DNA from: Candidatus Aldehydirespirator catecholifindens
Lineage (GTDB): Bacteria; Actinomycetota; Acidimicrobiia; Acidimicrobiales; Aldehydirespiratoraceae
Assembly (NCBI GenBank): GCA_028283245.1
Contig: JAPYNU010000057.1
Location: 2,075-66,074 of the forward strand
DNA: 64,000 bases
Reading direction: 5' to 3'
Of the stretch, positions 47,263 through 55,982 are shown piece by piece (within the stretch, counting starts at the first letter, position 1; the number at the start of each line of letters is the position of its first letter). A program made the position numbers and the translations under genes. Below the pieces are notes generated by a model, which worked only from the letters and a program-made list of their open reading frames with translations, was not told the DNA's origin and did no database searches.

Positions 47263-47613
47263 TCAGCCCCAGCCGAGTTGATGCAGGGTTTTGTCGTCGA
47301 TGCCGAAGTGATGGGCGACCTCATGAACCACCGTGACAGTTACTTCATGGCGCAGTTCGTGCTCGTCATCGCAGACCTCACATATCGGCAGCCGGTAGAC
47401 GGTTACCTGGTCGGGCATCACCATTGCGCCGTAATCTTGGCGCTCCGTCAACGGAATCCCCTCGTAGAGACCCAGAAGATCCTCGCTGGGATGCCTGTCG
47501 CGCACTACCACAGCAATGTTCTCCATCATTTCGCCAAGCGCTGGAGGCATCGAGTCGAGGGCTTCGGCCACGAGCTGCTCGAAACGCTCGACATCAACTA
47601 GGAACACCATCAC
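47263..47613 (-). CDS. Zincin-like metallopeptidase family protein
   Basis: LLGLYEGIPLTER, HEVAHHFGID. Confidence 0.92.
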   Translation of the reverse strand: MMVFLVDVERFEQLVAEALDSMPPALGEMMENIAVVVRDRHPSEDLLGLYEGIPLTERQDYGAMVMPDQVTVYRLPICEVCDDEHELRHEVTVTVVHEVAHHFGIDDKTLHQLGWG

Positions 47614-47700
47614 CCACAGTAATGACCGTCTGCATCACTGTGCCGACCACTGCTTGGAGATTGTCGTCTCGCCTAGTCGCTCGGCTTCTAAAGTTCACCG

Positions 47701-49545
47701 GTGACCCAAGCTGACCATCCGCTGCTTGAAGGCCTCACCGCAGAGCAACGCGACGCGGTAACTACCCGAGCCTCACCGCTGTGTTTGATCGCGGGTGCAG
47801 GATCAGGCAAGACCCGCGTTTTGACCCGGCGTATCGCCTGGCACGCCGACCAAGGCCACATAGACCCGCGGCGCACCTTGGCCGTGACTTTCACCCGGCG
47901 AGCCGCACGCGAGCTGCGATCTAGGCTGCGCCAACTGAGAGTCGCCAACACAGTGAAGGCTGGCACCTTCCATTCGATTGCGTTGGCTCAACTGCGTCGC
48001 TATGCCGCCGACTCCGACAAGCGCCCACCCCTGATTCTTGACAATCCGGCCAAACTCATTTCCGAGTTGCATCCTTCGTCTGACCGTAGAACTGTTAGCA
48101 GTATCGTTAGCGAGATCAGCTGGTGCCGAGCCCGTCTGGTGGCACCTGAGGATTATCCAGCTGCAGCAAAGCCCGCTGGACGTCGTGCGCCGCTGGGGCA
48201 CTCCGAGCGCTTCGTTCGAACATTCACCGACTACCAGCAGGCCAAACGCAAGCGCAGAGTGCTCGACTTTGACGATGTGCTGACTCGAGCCACCGAAATC
48301 ATGAAGTCGCAGCCTCGCCACGCTGCTGCACAACGCTGGCTGCATCAGCACCTGCTCGTTGACGAGTTCCAAGACATCAACCCGCTGCAGTTCGGTTTGT
48401 TGCAATCGTGGTTAGGCGACGACTCAACTCTGTTGGTTGTGGGCGATCCTGACCAGGCCATCTACGGCTGGAACGGTGCTGACCCGAAGCTGATCGACTC
48501 GGTAGCGGAACACTTCCCAGGTTGTGCAGTGCTGCACATGCGCACCAACTTCCGCTCGACTCCTGAGGTGCTCGTCGCTGCGGGGCGGGTGCTGGGGCGG
48601 GAAGCTCAGCCAGCATTCCGGCCTGCTGGGGCAGAGCCCACCATCACAGTCTGTGACGGCGCTGATGAGCCCGACATCCTGGCTCGGCTGATCCGCCAAC
48701 GACACCGACCCGGGTCGCGCTGGCGGCGTCAAGCGGTGCTGGCGCGAACTAACTCTCAGCTTGAACCACTGCGCCAAGCGCTTAAGCGACGCAATATCCC
48801 AGTAGCAGCAAGTAGCGAAACCGGTTTGCTGCGCCAGCCTGAGATCGCAGCCGTGCGTCAAGCCTGGGCAGGCAACGCCCGTCTCGCGTCATGTGTCGCC
48901 GACACCCGTCAATGGCTCAGCGAAACCTCAGACGGATCCTCAGACGAATCCATCGCTGCAAGCAGCGGCAGTGTTACTAGCCGCAGAGGCACCAGAGCTA
49001 CAGGTGTTGCCGGTGGTGATGGCGCTTTCATCAGCCCCTCCAGTAGCGACACACCTGCAGTTGAGGACAACATCAAGGCTTTCATTGAGGTGTTCTTGGA
49101 GTTTGCTGATGATCATCTGTCACTAGACCCTGATGCCACAGCGGGTGCATTCTTCACTGCGTTGCGCTCCGATGATCGTGTGCTGGGCACCAGCGACGGT
49201 GTCGACTTGACCACATTTCACGGTGCTAAAGGCCAAGAATGGCCGGTTGTTTATCTGGTCGGACTTGAAGACGGTTATGTCCCAATACATCATGCCCGCA
49301 CCTCAGAAGCCCGAGCTGAAGAGCAGCGTCTGCTACATGTGGCAATCACACGGGCGCAACAGGAACTGCATCTCCTCTGGTGCAATCAACGCCAGCGCGG
49401 CGACAAGATTTTCCAAAACGAGCCCTCACCGTGGGTTACGACAATCGCGGAAGGCATTCAAGCTGAATCTAGCCAAGTTGATCATGTAGCAGCCGTGGCC
49501 CGAGCCCGTGAGATGCTGCGCTCCCAACGCGACAAGCAGCACTAA
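47701..49545 (+). CDS. UvrD/Rep family helicase (UvrD2-like, no visible HRDC domain)
   Basis: AGAGSGKT, TFHS, VDEFQD, VGDPDQAIYG, NFRS, TFHGAKGQEW, EEQRLLHVAITRA. Confidence 0.92.
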   Translation: MTQADHPLLEGLTAEQRDAVTTRASPLCLIAGAGSGKTRVLTRRIAWHADQGHIDPRRTLAVTFTRRAARELRSRLRQLRVANTVKAGTFHSIALAQLRRYAADSDKRPPLILDNPAKLISELHPSSDRRTVSSIVSEISWCRARLVAPEDYPAAAKPAGRRAPLGHSERFVRTFTDYQQAKRKRRVLDFDDVLTRATEIMKSQPRHAAAQRWLHQHLLVDEFQDINPLQFGLLQSWLGDDSTLLVVGDPDQAIYGWNGADPKLIDSVAEHFPGCAVLHMRTNFRSTPEVLVAAGRVLGREAQPAFRPAGAEPTITVCDGADEPDILARLIRQRHRPGSRWRRQAVLARTNSQLEPLRQALKRRNIPVAASSETGLLRQPEIAAVRQAWAGNARLASCVADTRQWLSETSDGSSDESIAASSGSVTSRRGTRATGVAGGDGAFISPSSSDTPAVEDNIKAFIEVFLEFADDHLSLDPDATAGAFFTALRSDDRVLGTSDGVDLTTFHGAKGQEWPVVYLVGLEDGYVPIHHARTSEARAEEQRLLHVAITRAQQELHLLWCNQRQRGDKIFQNEPSPWVTTIAEGIQAESSQVDHVAAVARAREMLRSQRDKQH

Positions 49546-49596
49546 CCCCCCATCAATGAGTTGCAAGCGCTTGGAGTGACACAGCCGCGTCACGAT

Positions 49597-49630
49597 CATG
49601 CTGGGCTTGCTGCCATGCTGGGCTTGCTGC
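49597..49630. repeat. Perfect 17-bp tandem duplication, followed by gatctcat x3
   Basis: catgctgggcttgctgc x2 in the uvrD-dinG gap. Confidence 0.88.
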
Positions 49631-49695
49631 GCGATCTCATAGTGATCTCATCGTGATCTCATATTGGCTGCCCAGCTTGAGGCTGTGCCTAGGTA

Positions 49696-51618
49696 ATGTC
49701 GCTGACCGTGGATGCATCACAAGAAGCCGTCAAAGCGCTCCATGAAGTCATCTCAGCGATGCCAGACGGCGGCGAGAACCGGACCGGACAGTTTGAGATG
49801 TGTGAGGCTGTCGCGTCCGCTGTTGAGCGGGGCCAGCATCTGCTGGTAGCTGCTGGCACCGGGATCGGCAAATCGATGGCCTACCTTGTGCCGCTGGTTG
49901 TTAGCGGGCAGAAGGCTGTCGTTGCGACTGCTACCAAAGCTCTCCAAGACCAGTTGGTGGATAAGGATCTGCCCTTGTTGGCTAGAGCGCTGGGTTTGCC
50001 GCTCAAGTTCGGCGTATTAAAGGGCAGATCGAACTACATATGTCGTAAGAAACTCGCCGACCTAGGGGCGGATGCCAGCAGTGGGCAGCAGCAACTAATC
50101 GCTGCGGACTCCGCAGCCGAGGCGAGCCTCGTCTTTGATGAGATCAAGAAGCTGGTCGCTTGGTCTGAAACAACTACCGACGGTGACCGGGCTGGACTTG
50201 ACTTCGAGCCGTCAGTGAGTGCCTGGGAGTCGGTGAGCGTGTCTGGGAGGGAATGCCCGGGCGCTTCGAATTGCCCGTCTGGGTCGGAGTGTTTCGCTGA
50301 GCAGTCCCATGACAGAGCTGCTGAGGCGGATGTGTTGGTGGTGAACCATCATCTCTACTGTTTGCATGTATTTACCGAAGCAGACATTCTGCCTTCGCAT
50401 GATGCGGTAGTTTTTGACGAAGCTCACACGCTTGAAGACATTGCATCTAGTGCCGCCGGGGTTTCGATCACTAGAGGCCGGTTCAGGCACGCTGCTCGTG
50501 CGGTTAGAGCAGCGGTGGCACATTCGGAGACTGCCGCCGACTTGGAAGGGGCAGGCAATATTCTGCAGGACGCTCTTAGCTCCCACAGCGACACGCTCCT
50601 TACTTCGCTTTCCGACTATCTGATTGAGACGGTCGCCGTGTGCCGGGGGCGTCTTGATGCTGCCAGCACCGAAGTCCGCGAGGCCGAAGGTGACGAGACG
50701 CGACGGAGAATGGCTCGACGACTTCTTGACGCTCTCACAGAGGACCTCGCCAGAGCGTCTGACCCAGACAACGAAGATGCCGTCTGGGTGGAGGACTCTG
50801 GAGGCAGGCAGACCTGGCGGACCGCTCCCGTTGATGTCGGCCCGATGCTTGAGAAGGGCTTGTGGGCGCATACTCCTGCGGTGCTCACCAGTGCGACTGT
50901 GCCCTTCAACCTCGCCGAAAGACTTGGTCTGTCCGATGATGCCCATGACAACCTCGCCGTGAGCAGTCCCTTCGACTATCGCAACTGCGGTTTGCTCTAT
51001 TGCGCTAAGCATCTGCCGAGCCCTAAGGACCCTGGATGGGCACAGGCTGCACAACACGAGATTGCTCAGATGGCTGTGGCGGCGGGAGGGCGTACTTTGG
51101 CACTGTTCACGAGCTACGGAGCTATGCGGAATGCCGCCGAAGCTGTAGGTGAGGCGACAGGACTGCGGATCTACTGCCAGGGCGATTTGCCTAATCGTGA
51201 ACTGATCGACCGTTTCGCGGCGGAGGAGGAGAGCTGCCTGTTCGCCACGATGACTATGTGGCAGGGAGTGGATGTGCCTGGGCGGTCGCTGTCACTAGTG
51301 GTGATCGACCGCATCCCCTTCTCGCGCCCTGACGAGCCGTTGATGGTCGCCCGCCGAAACCGACTGGGCCGAGACGCTTTCAACAAGATCGACGCTCCAC
51401 GCGCAGCCACGCTGTTAGCGCAGGGTGCAGGCAGGCTAATACGCTCTACGCAAGATCGGGGTGTCGTGGCAGTGCTTGACTCGCGACTGGCGACGGCTAG
51501 TTACCGCCACGACCTGTTACAGGGCCTTCCGCCGCTGCGTCGCACAATCGATCTCGCCGAAGTCAAGACGTTCCTCGCCGACATCAGCCACTCCGCCGAA
51601 GCCGCGGGCTCGTCGTAG
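49696..51618 (+). CDS. dinG: DinG family Fe-S helicase
   Basis: AGTGIGKS, KGRSNYIC...CPGASNCPSGSEC (4 Cys), DEAH, TSAT, QGAGRLIR. Confidence 0.92.
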   Translation: MSLTVDASQEAVKALHEVISAMPDGGENRTGQFEMCEAVASAVERGQHLLVAAGTGIGKSMAYLVPLVVSGQKAVVATATKALQDQLVDKDLPLLARALGLPLKFGVLKGRSNYICRKKLADLGADASSGQQQLIAADSAAEASLVFDEIKKLVAWSETTTDGDRAGLDFEPSVSAWESVSVSGRECPGASNCPSGSECFAEQSHDRAAEADVLVVNHHLYCLHVFTEADILPSHDAVVFDEAHTLEDIASSAAGVSITRGRFRHAARAVRAAVAHSETAADLEGAGNILQDALSSHSDTLLTSLSDYLIETVAVCRGRLDAASTEVREAEGDETRRRMARRLLDALTEDLARASDPDNEDAVWVEDSGGRQTWRTAPVDVGPMLEKGLWAHTPAVLTSATVPFNLAERLGLSDDAHDNLAVSSPFDYRNCGLLYCAKHLPSPKDPGWAQAAQHEIAQMAVAAGGRTLALFTSYGAMRNAAEAVGEATGLRIYCQGDLPNRELIDRFAAEEESCLFATMTMWQGVDVPGRSLSLVVIDRIPFSRPDEPLMVARRNRLGRDAFNKIDAPRAATLLAQGAGRLIRSTQDRGVVAVLDSRLATASYRHDLLQGLPPLRRTIDLAEVKTFLADISHSAEAAGSS

Positions 51619-51660
51619 CGAAGAGTCAGTCGCTCATCAGAAAAGTCGACCAGATAGAGC

Positions 51661-51700
51661 TTTAAAAGAAAGACCCGGCACCTCCAAAAAGGCACCGGGT
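51661..51700 (-). terminator. Intrinsic terminator hairpin (minus strand), possibly the body of a small RNA
   Basis: ACCCGGUGCCU-UUUUGG-AGGUGCCGGGU then CUUUCUUUU; stem needs G-U pairs, so it is strand-specific. Confidence 0.75.
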
Positions 51701-51710
51701 GGGTAAGGCT

Positions 51711-51739
51711 ATGATAGCCACCACTACACGGCGAAGCAA
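51711..51739 (-). promoter_or_regulatory. Sigma70-type promoter pointing into the hairpin
   Basis: TTGCTT (51739-51734) - 17 bp - TATCAT (51716-51711). Confidence 0.5.
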
Positions 51740-51775
51740 CTCCGCGCCTTGGACATGCGCCTCACTTACTGCCCT

Positions 51776-52429
51776 CTACCAGATATCTGGCCTTTGATGC
51801 GTGTCGACTGTCTCTGGCAGTTGGCATGAGAAAAAGTCGTCGGCTATGAGGGAATACCACCAGTGGCCTCCGATACCATCATCTGGATCGCCTTTGAGTG
51901 CGTCGGCTGTCGGGGTGCCCCTGGGATTGACCGTCCCGAGCGGCACATGGAGGCGGGCATGACGGGCAGGTAGCCGCAGGTCACTATCGTTGGTGATGAG
52001 CACAGCTGCGTCGATCAAGTCCGAATGCAAATCGATCAGAAGATGAGATGCCAAATTTACGTCTGAGCCCTTTTCTTCGGGCACCGTGATCGTCCGACGC
52101 ACGCCGGACTCTATGTCCCCACCGGTAACTTGTCGAGTAGCGAACGTCCCTTTCTCAATGTTGACTCGCTCTGTGGCGAGCAGTGCCTTGAGATAGTTCT
52201 GCTGCCGTTCGCGTGCGTCGGCAGCTGGCCCGCCAGTGATCAGAGCTGTGCAGTAAGTGATGCGACTTGCTGTGGCCTGCTTGGCGCTCCAGTATGGGTT
52301 GCGGTCGATTAGACGATCGGCGAGCCCGGCCACATCAAGCCAGCGCCACCCACGCTTGCCTCGCCCGCACAAATGTCGGCCCCCGTAGTAGAGGTTGAGT
52401 CCGTCAACGTATACCCCAACGCGCATCAC
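51776..52429 (-). CDS. NYN-domain (PIN-fold) ribonuclease-like protein
   Basis: VYVDGLNLYYG, EEKGSDVNLASHLL, ITNDSDL, C-terminal CQLPE...RPDIW; probable leaderless ATG at 52426. Confidence 0.92.
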   Translation of the reverse strand: MMRVGVYVDGLNLYYGGRHLCGRGKRGWRWLDVAGLADRLIDRNPYWSAKQATASRITYCTALITGGPAADARERQQNYLKALLATERVNIEKGTFATRQVTGGDIESGVRRTITVPEEKGSDVNLASHLLIDLHSDLIDAAVLITNDSDLRLPARHARLHVPLGTVNPRGTPTADALKGDPDDGIGGHWWYSLIADDFFSCQLPETVDTHQRPDIW

Positions 52430-52485
52430 AGCAGCTTAGGGTATTGTCATATTCATTTCACAACTAACAATGGAAGGTATCTCAA

Positions 52486-52653
52486 ATGCCTGAAAAACGA
52501 TTCGTAGTAAAGAAGCGCGAAGATTTGTGGGAGGTGAGGTCGCCCGGCGCTCACAACCCCGAATCAACCCATTCGACTATGGCCGAGGCCGAGAGCGCTG
52601 CTGAGGACTTCCTGAAGACGTGTGGGGGCGGCTACCTCGACATTGTGCTTTAG
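52486..52653 (+). CDS. DUF2188-like small protein (55 aa, possibly C-truncated)
   Basis: Below the ORF-track cutoff: GGAAGG RBS, MPEKRFVVKKREDLWEVRSPGAHNPESTHSTMAEAESAAEDFLKTCGGGYLDIVL. Confidence 0.7.
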   Translation: MPEKRFVVKKREDLWEVRSPGAHNPESTHSTMAEAESAAEDFLKTCGGGYLDIVL

Positions 52654-53051
52654 GGTTCGGGACTTGGAGCCGGGGTCACGATCTGGATCAGGTTCCCGCA
52701 AGTGTCGTCAAATATGGCCGCAACGACAGTGTCGAGGTCAGTGGGCGGCTGAGTGAACTCAACGCCGGCGGCTTGTAGTCGTGCGTGTTCGGCATGGACA
52801 TCGTCAACTGTGAACTGCGCTGATGGGATCCCGTCAGCGACGAGAGCGTCGCGGAATGTCTTGGAGGCTGGGTGTGCGGCAGACTCAAGGAGCAGTTCCG
52901 GTCCGTCAGGTTGCTCTGGGGAGACCACAGTAAGCCACGAGTATTCCCCAACGGGCACATCGTGATGCTTGCGGAATCCGAGCACTTCGGTGTAGAAAGC
53001 AAGTGCTTTGGTCTGGTCGTCAACAACGACGTTAGTCAATGTGATCCGCAT
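52650..53051 (-). CDS. VOC/glyoxalase family protein
   Basis: VDDQTKALAFYTEVLGF, WLTVVSP, DDTCGNLIQI. Confidence 0.93.
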   Translation of the reverse strand: MRITLTNVVVDDQTKALAFYTEVLGFRKHHDVPVGEYSWLTVVSPEQPDGPELLLESAAHPASKTFRDALVADGIPSAQFTVDDVHAEHARLQAAGVEFTQPPTDLDTVVAAIFDDTCGNLIQIVTPAPSPEP

Positions 53052-53109
53052 GTGCCTCCGCCAGCGAGTTGTCCAGCATCGCCCGATTCTAAGCCCCTCT
53101 GACCGACTC

Positions 53110-53186
53110 TAGTAAGCAACGATTGCCGCGTCAAACGAGCGTCATGCTTCCACAACAGCACTCATGAGTTCGTCACATTGCCTCAT
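53110..53186 (-). pseudogene. 5' remnant of a paralogue of the 53951-54784 gene
   Basis: MRQCDELMSAVVEA*RSFDAA versus MRQCTELRRAVVEAWRLFESA; upstream DNA is also similar. Confidence 0.8.
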
Positions 53187-53287
53187 GTCGTTGTCCTACT
53201 GGAGATGCTGCTGCGACGAATGCGTCTTCCCGACGGAAACAATACAGCGCTGGCATTGCCCATATCACGGCATACCTGGCGGAATGA

Positions 53288-53329
53288 TCCCTGAATAATA
53301 TTGGTTATTATAAAATGGGTATTCAGGGA
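53288..53329. promoter_or_regulatory. AT-rich inverted-repeat site A
   Basis: TCCCTGAATA/TATTCAGGGA arms overlapping ATAATATT-G-GTTATTAT. Confidence 0.6.
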
Positions 53330-53409
53330 CAAGTAAACGACTTGCTACCTCTCAGGCTGCCTAGTGGAGTTGCGATAGTGACACTCACCGCCTCTGTGAG
53401 CGCAGCCAG

Positions 53410-53664
53410 ATGATGCAACTAGTGTTTACTGAGCATGCACAGCGAGTTATGGCGGAGCTCAGGATTCTCCCTAAATGGGTAGAGCAAGCCGTGGACGCGC
53501 CCCAGCGACGGACTCTGGACCCCTACGATGGAACTGTGGAGCGGTTCTACGCCCGAATCCCCGAGAATGGAGACAGAGTCCTACGAGTGGCGGTCAACAC
53601 TGGCTTGGATCCGCGGCGCGTTGTGACCGCATTCTTTGATCGTTCCATGAAAGGCATGAAATGA
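53410..53664 (+). CDS. DUF4258 family putative toxin
   Basis: FTEHAQRVM...RVLRVAVN...VVTAFFDR; ATGA-coupled to a DUF2283 gene. Confidence 0.82.
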   Translation: MMQLVFTEHAQRVMAELRILPKWVEQAVDAPQRRTLDPYDGTVERFYARIPENGDRVLRVAVNTGLDPRRVVTAFFDRSMKGMK

Positions 53665-53861
53665 AACTCAGAGTGGATCAGCAGGCTGACGCACTTTACT
53701 TGCGCCTTGACGAGTCCAGTATCGTTGACTCCGTTGAAGTAGCGCCGGGCGTAATACTTGACTACAACGAGGCCGAAGAGGTCATTGGCATTGAAATGCA
53801 GAACCTGTCCTCAAGATCATCCGATCTAAAACTCTCAGCCTTGCAATTCGAAACTGCTTAA
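53661..53861 (+). CDS. DUF2283 family protein (putative antitoxin)
   Basis: DQQADALYLRL...GVILDYN...VIGIE. Confidence 0.88.
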   Translation: MKLRVDQQADALYLRLDESSIVDSVEVAPGVILDYNEAEEVIGIEMQNLSSRSSDLKLSALQFETA

Positions 53862-53950
53862 CGATCGCTTCGCGGTGACTGCCCACAGACTGCTAAGAGG
53901 TCGGCGAAGAGGCCGCTGAGCCAGGTGTCACAACAACTCAATGTCGGCTA

Positions 53951-54784
53951 TCAGCATTTAGTGTGCTTCGTCCACGACAACGCGGACAACCCTTTTCGTT
54001 GTTCGGTGTAGGCAGCGTTGCGGTATGCCTTTGCGACGACGGTTCCTAGTTCACGCTTGTGGTCGTTGCCGATTAAACCAAGAGGTGTCCGCCTGGCGCG
54101 ACAGAAGACGAATAAAGTCGATTCATTGCCTACCAAATACCAGCAGCCCCGCGCCGTGTATGCAGACGAGCGTAGAGTGCCGTCGAGTTTGTGCTTGAAG
54201 CTGTGAATGGGTTTACAAGAACCTAGAGACTCGAACTTGATCTGTTGCAAGTGGTCTTCGGCTACTGACAGCACCACTACGTTCGGTAGTAGCGCTACAA
54301 GCAAATCGTGCCAGAGTCGCCTGCCATCATCTTCAAGCACGCTCTGTTCAGCCTCGCTGAGCTGACTCCAAGTCGGATTAGTGGCAATCGGCGAGCAAAT
54401 GTCCGTGTGCAGTGCCGTTGAGGTCTGACGATCGTAGTAGCTGTTACTCATTCCATTGAGCAAAGGCTCAAAGCTCTGAAACCAACTTCTGTAAGGATTA
54501 GTTCGAAAGTAGTCCGAGAGGGCATCAAGGTAGCGCTCTTGATCCTCAGGGTGAGCGCCCTTGGCGAGTGGGAACCGGTGGAACGGGTCCTCGGCAGGAA
54601 ACTCGTTAAGTGACGGGTTCAAGCCAACAGTCAGAACTCGTTGAGGCGATGCAGCATATGCGTCAATATCGCCGAAGAACAAAATCGGGATAGCAGGGCT
54701 GACACGCGCCTCAAGCGACGCTGCCGACTCGAACAAGCGCCATGCCTCCACAACAGCCCTTCTGAGTTCAGTGCATTGCCTCAT
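53951..54784 (-). CDS. Hypothetical protein with uracil-DNA-glycosylase-superfamily-like motif
   Basis: PILFFGD...VLTVGLNPS..EF resembles UDG motif 1 (GxNP). Confidence 0.7.
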   Translation of the reverse strand: MRQCTELRRAVVEAWRLFESAASLEARVSPAIPILFFGDIDAYAASPQRVLTVGLNPSLNEFPAEDPFHRFPLAKGAHPEDQERYLDALSDYFRTNPYRSWFQSFEPLLNGMSNSYYDRQTSTALHTDICSPIATNPTWSQLSEAEQSVLEDDGRRLWHDLLVALLPNVVVLSVAEDHLQQIKFESLGSCKPIHSFKHKLDGTLRSSAYTARGCWYLVGNESTLFVFCRARRTPLGLIGNDHKRELGTVVAKAYRNAAYTEQRKGLSALSWTKHTKC

Positions 54785-54898
54785 GTCGCTGTCCTTCTGG
54801 AGAGTGCGATACGACGAGAGTAGTAGCCCCGTAGTAGCGAAAAGGCGCTTGCATCACCCAACTCACATCACACCGTGCTTAATGGTCACCCGCTACCC

Positions 54899-54930
54899 TC
54901 TCATATAATAACAGTTATTATTTGATGAGA
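54899..54930. promoter_or_regulatory. AT-rich inverted-repeat site B
   Basis: TCTCAT/ATGAGA arms enclosing the perfect palindrome ATAATAAC-A-GTTATTAT. Confidence 0.6.
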
Positions 54931-54988
54931 AAGTCGGCTAGCAGGCTGAAGCGCCATACTTGCGTCTAGACAAGTTGAAGATAGTTGA

Positions 54989-55186
54989 TTCTGCAGAGGC
55001 AGCACGGCCGAGACTGGCACGCACTACAAGAGCCGTATGCACAAACTTGACAACCTTCAAGCATCCCACACCTACTGCAATAAGCGAAAAGGCAACACGG
55101 CAAATGTCCGCAAGTGGTGCCACCTTGACATGCCAGCGTTACCTGTTGCAGACGCCAAAGACGGAAAGATCTTCTTTCTGCCCTAG
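54989..55186 (+). pseudogene. C-terminal remnant of an HNH endonuclease
   Basis: Frame not in the ORF track: ...MHKLDNLQASHTYCNKRKGN...; first His region missing, in-frame TGA at 54986. Confidence 0.6.
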
Positions 55187-55367
55187 AAGCCTGCGGCTTA
55201 ATCGGGCGCTTTGCGTTTAGATCGGAGTAGAGAGCGAGTAGCAGCCTGCAGTACGATGACTCGCTCTCAAGCACCGCAGCACTCCAAGCCATTCGTGACA
55301 AGCGGAACCCAAACCGTCCTACGCAATTAGCTCACTGACAGGTTTGCGCTCTGCCTCAGTAGCTCTA

Positions 55368-55383
55368 GTATCTATAATGATAC
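55368..55383 (+). promoter_or_regulatory. Probable HicB operator over the hicA promoter
   Basis: GTATC-TATAAT-GATAC palindrome 10 nt upstream of hicA. Confidence 0.6.
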
Positions 55384-55393
55384 CATTACTGGT

Positions 55394-55642
55394 GTGAATG
55401 TGGAGGCAATGTGTGAGTCATTTCGAAGCAACCCAAACGGTGTACGGTTCTCTGACCTCGTCAAGCTCTGTGATCAGATGTTCGGGCAACCACGCCAGAC
55501 GCGAGGTAGTCACCGAGTCTACCGGATGCCCTGGGCGGGCGATCCTCGGGTGAATATCCAGAGCCACAAGGGCATGGCCAAGGCGTATCAAGTTCGACAG
55601 GTGCTAAGAGCCATCAAGAAGTTGGAGGAACTGAGTGAGTGA
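55394..55642 (+). CDS. hicA: HicA family toxin
   Basis: VRFSDL...GSHRVY...PRVNIQ...AKAYQVRQV. Confidence 0.9.
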   Translation: MNVEAMCESFRSNPNGVRFSDLVKLCDQMFGQPRQTRGSHRVYRMPWAGDPRVNIQSHKGMAKAYQVRQVLRAIKKLEELSE

Positions 55643-55955
55643 TCATTACACGTATCGGGTTACTTGGTCAGCCGAGGATGGCGAACATGTGGGCTTGTGC
55701 TTGGAGTTCCCGTCACTGAGCTGGTTGGCACCGGCCCGTGACGAGGCCTTCTCGGGCATCTGTGAGTTAGTGCATGATGTTGTTGCCGACATGCAAGCGA
55801 ACGGCGAGCCAATACCAACACCGCTGGCGGAACGGTCATACAGCGGACGTTTCCTTGTTCGTGTGCCACCAGAAACCCACCGCCAGTTAGTAGTGCGCGC
55901 AGCCGAGAACGGAGTAAGCCTCAACCGGCTCGTAAGTTCGCTGCTAGCCGACTGA
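55635..55955 (+). CDS. hicB: HicB family antitoxin
   Basis: YTYRVTWSAED...EFPSLSW; C-terminal RHH YSGRFLVRVPPETHRQL...VSLNRL. Confidence 0.92.
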   Translation: MSDHYTYRVTWSAEDGEHVGLCLEFPSLSWLAPARDEAFSGICELVHDVVADMQANGEPIPTPLAERSYSGRFLVRVPPETHRQLVVRAAENGVSLNRLVSSLLAD

Positions 55956-55982
55956 GGTGGCTGCTGGCCTGCGGGAGGATCT

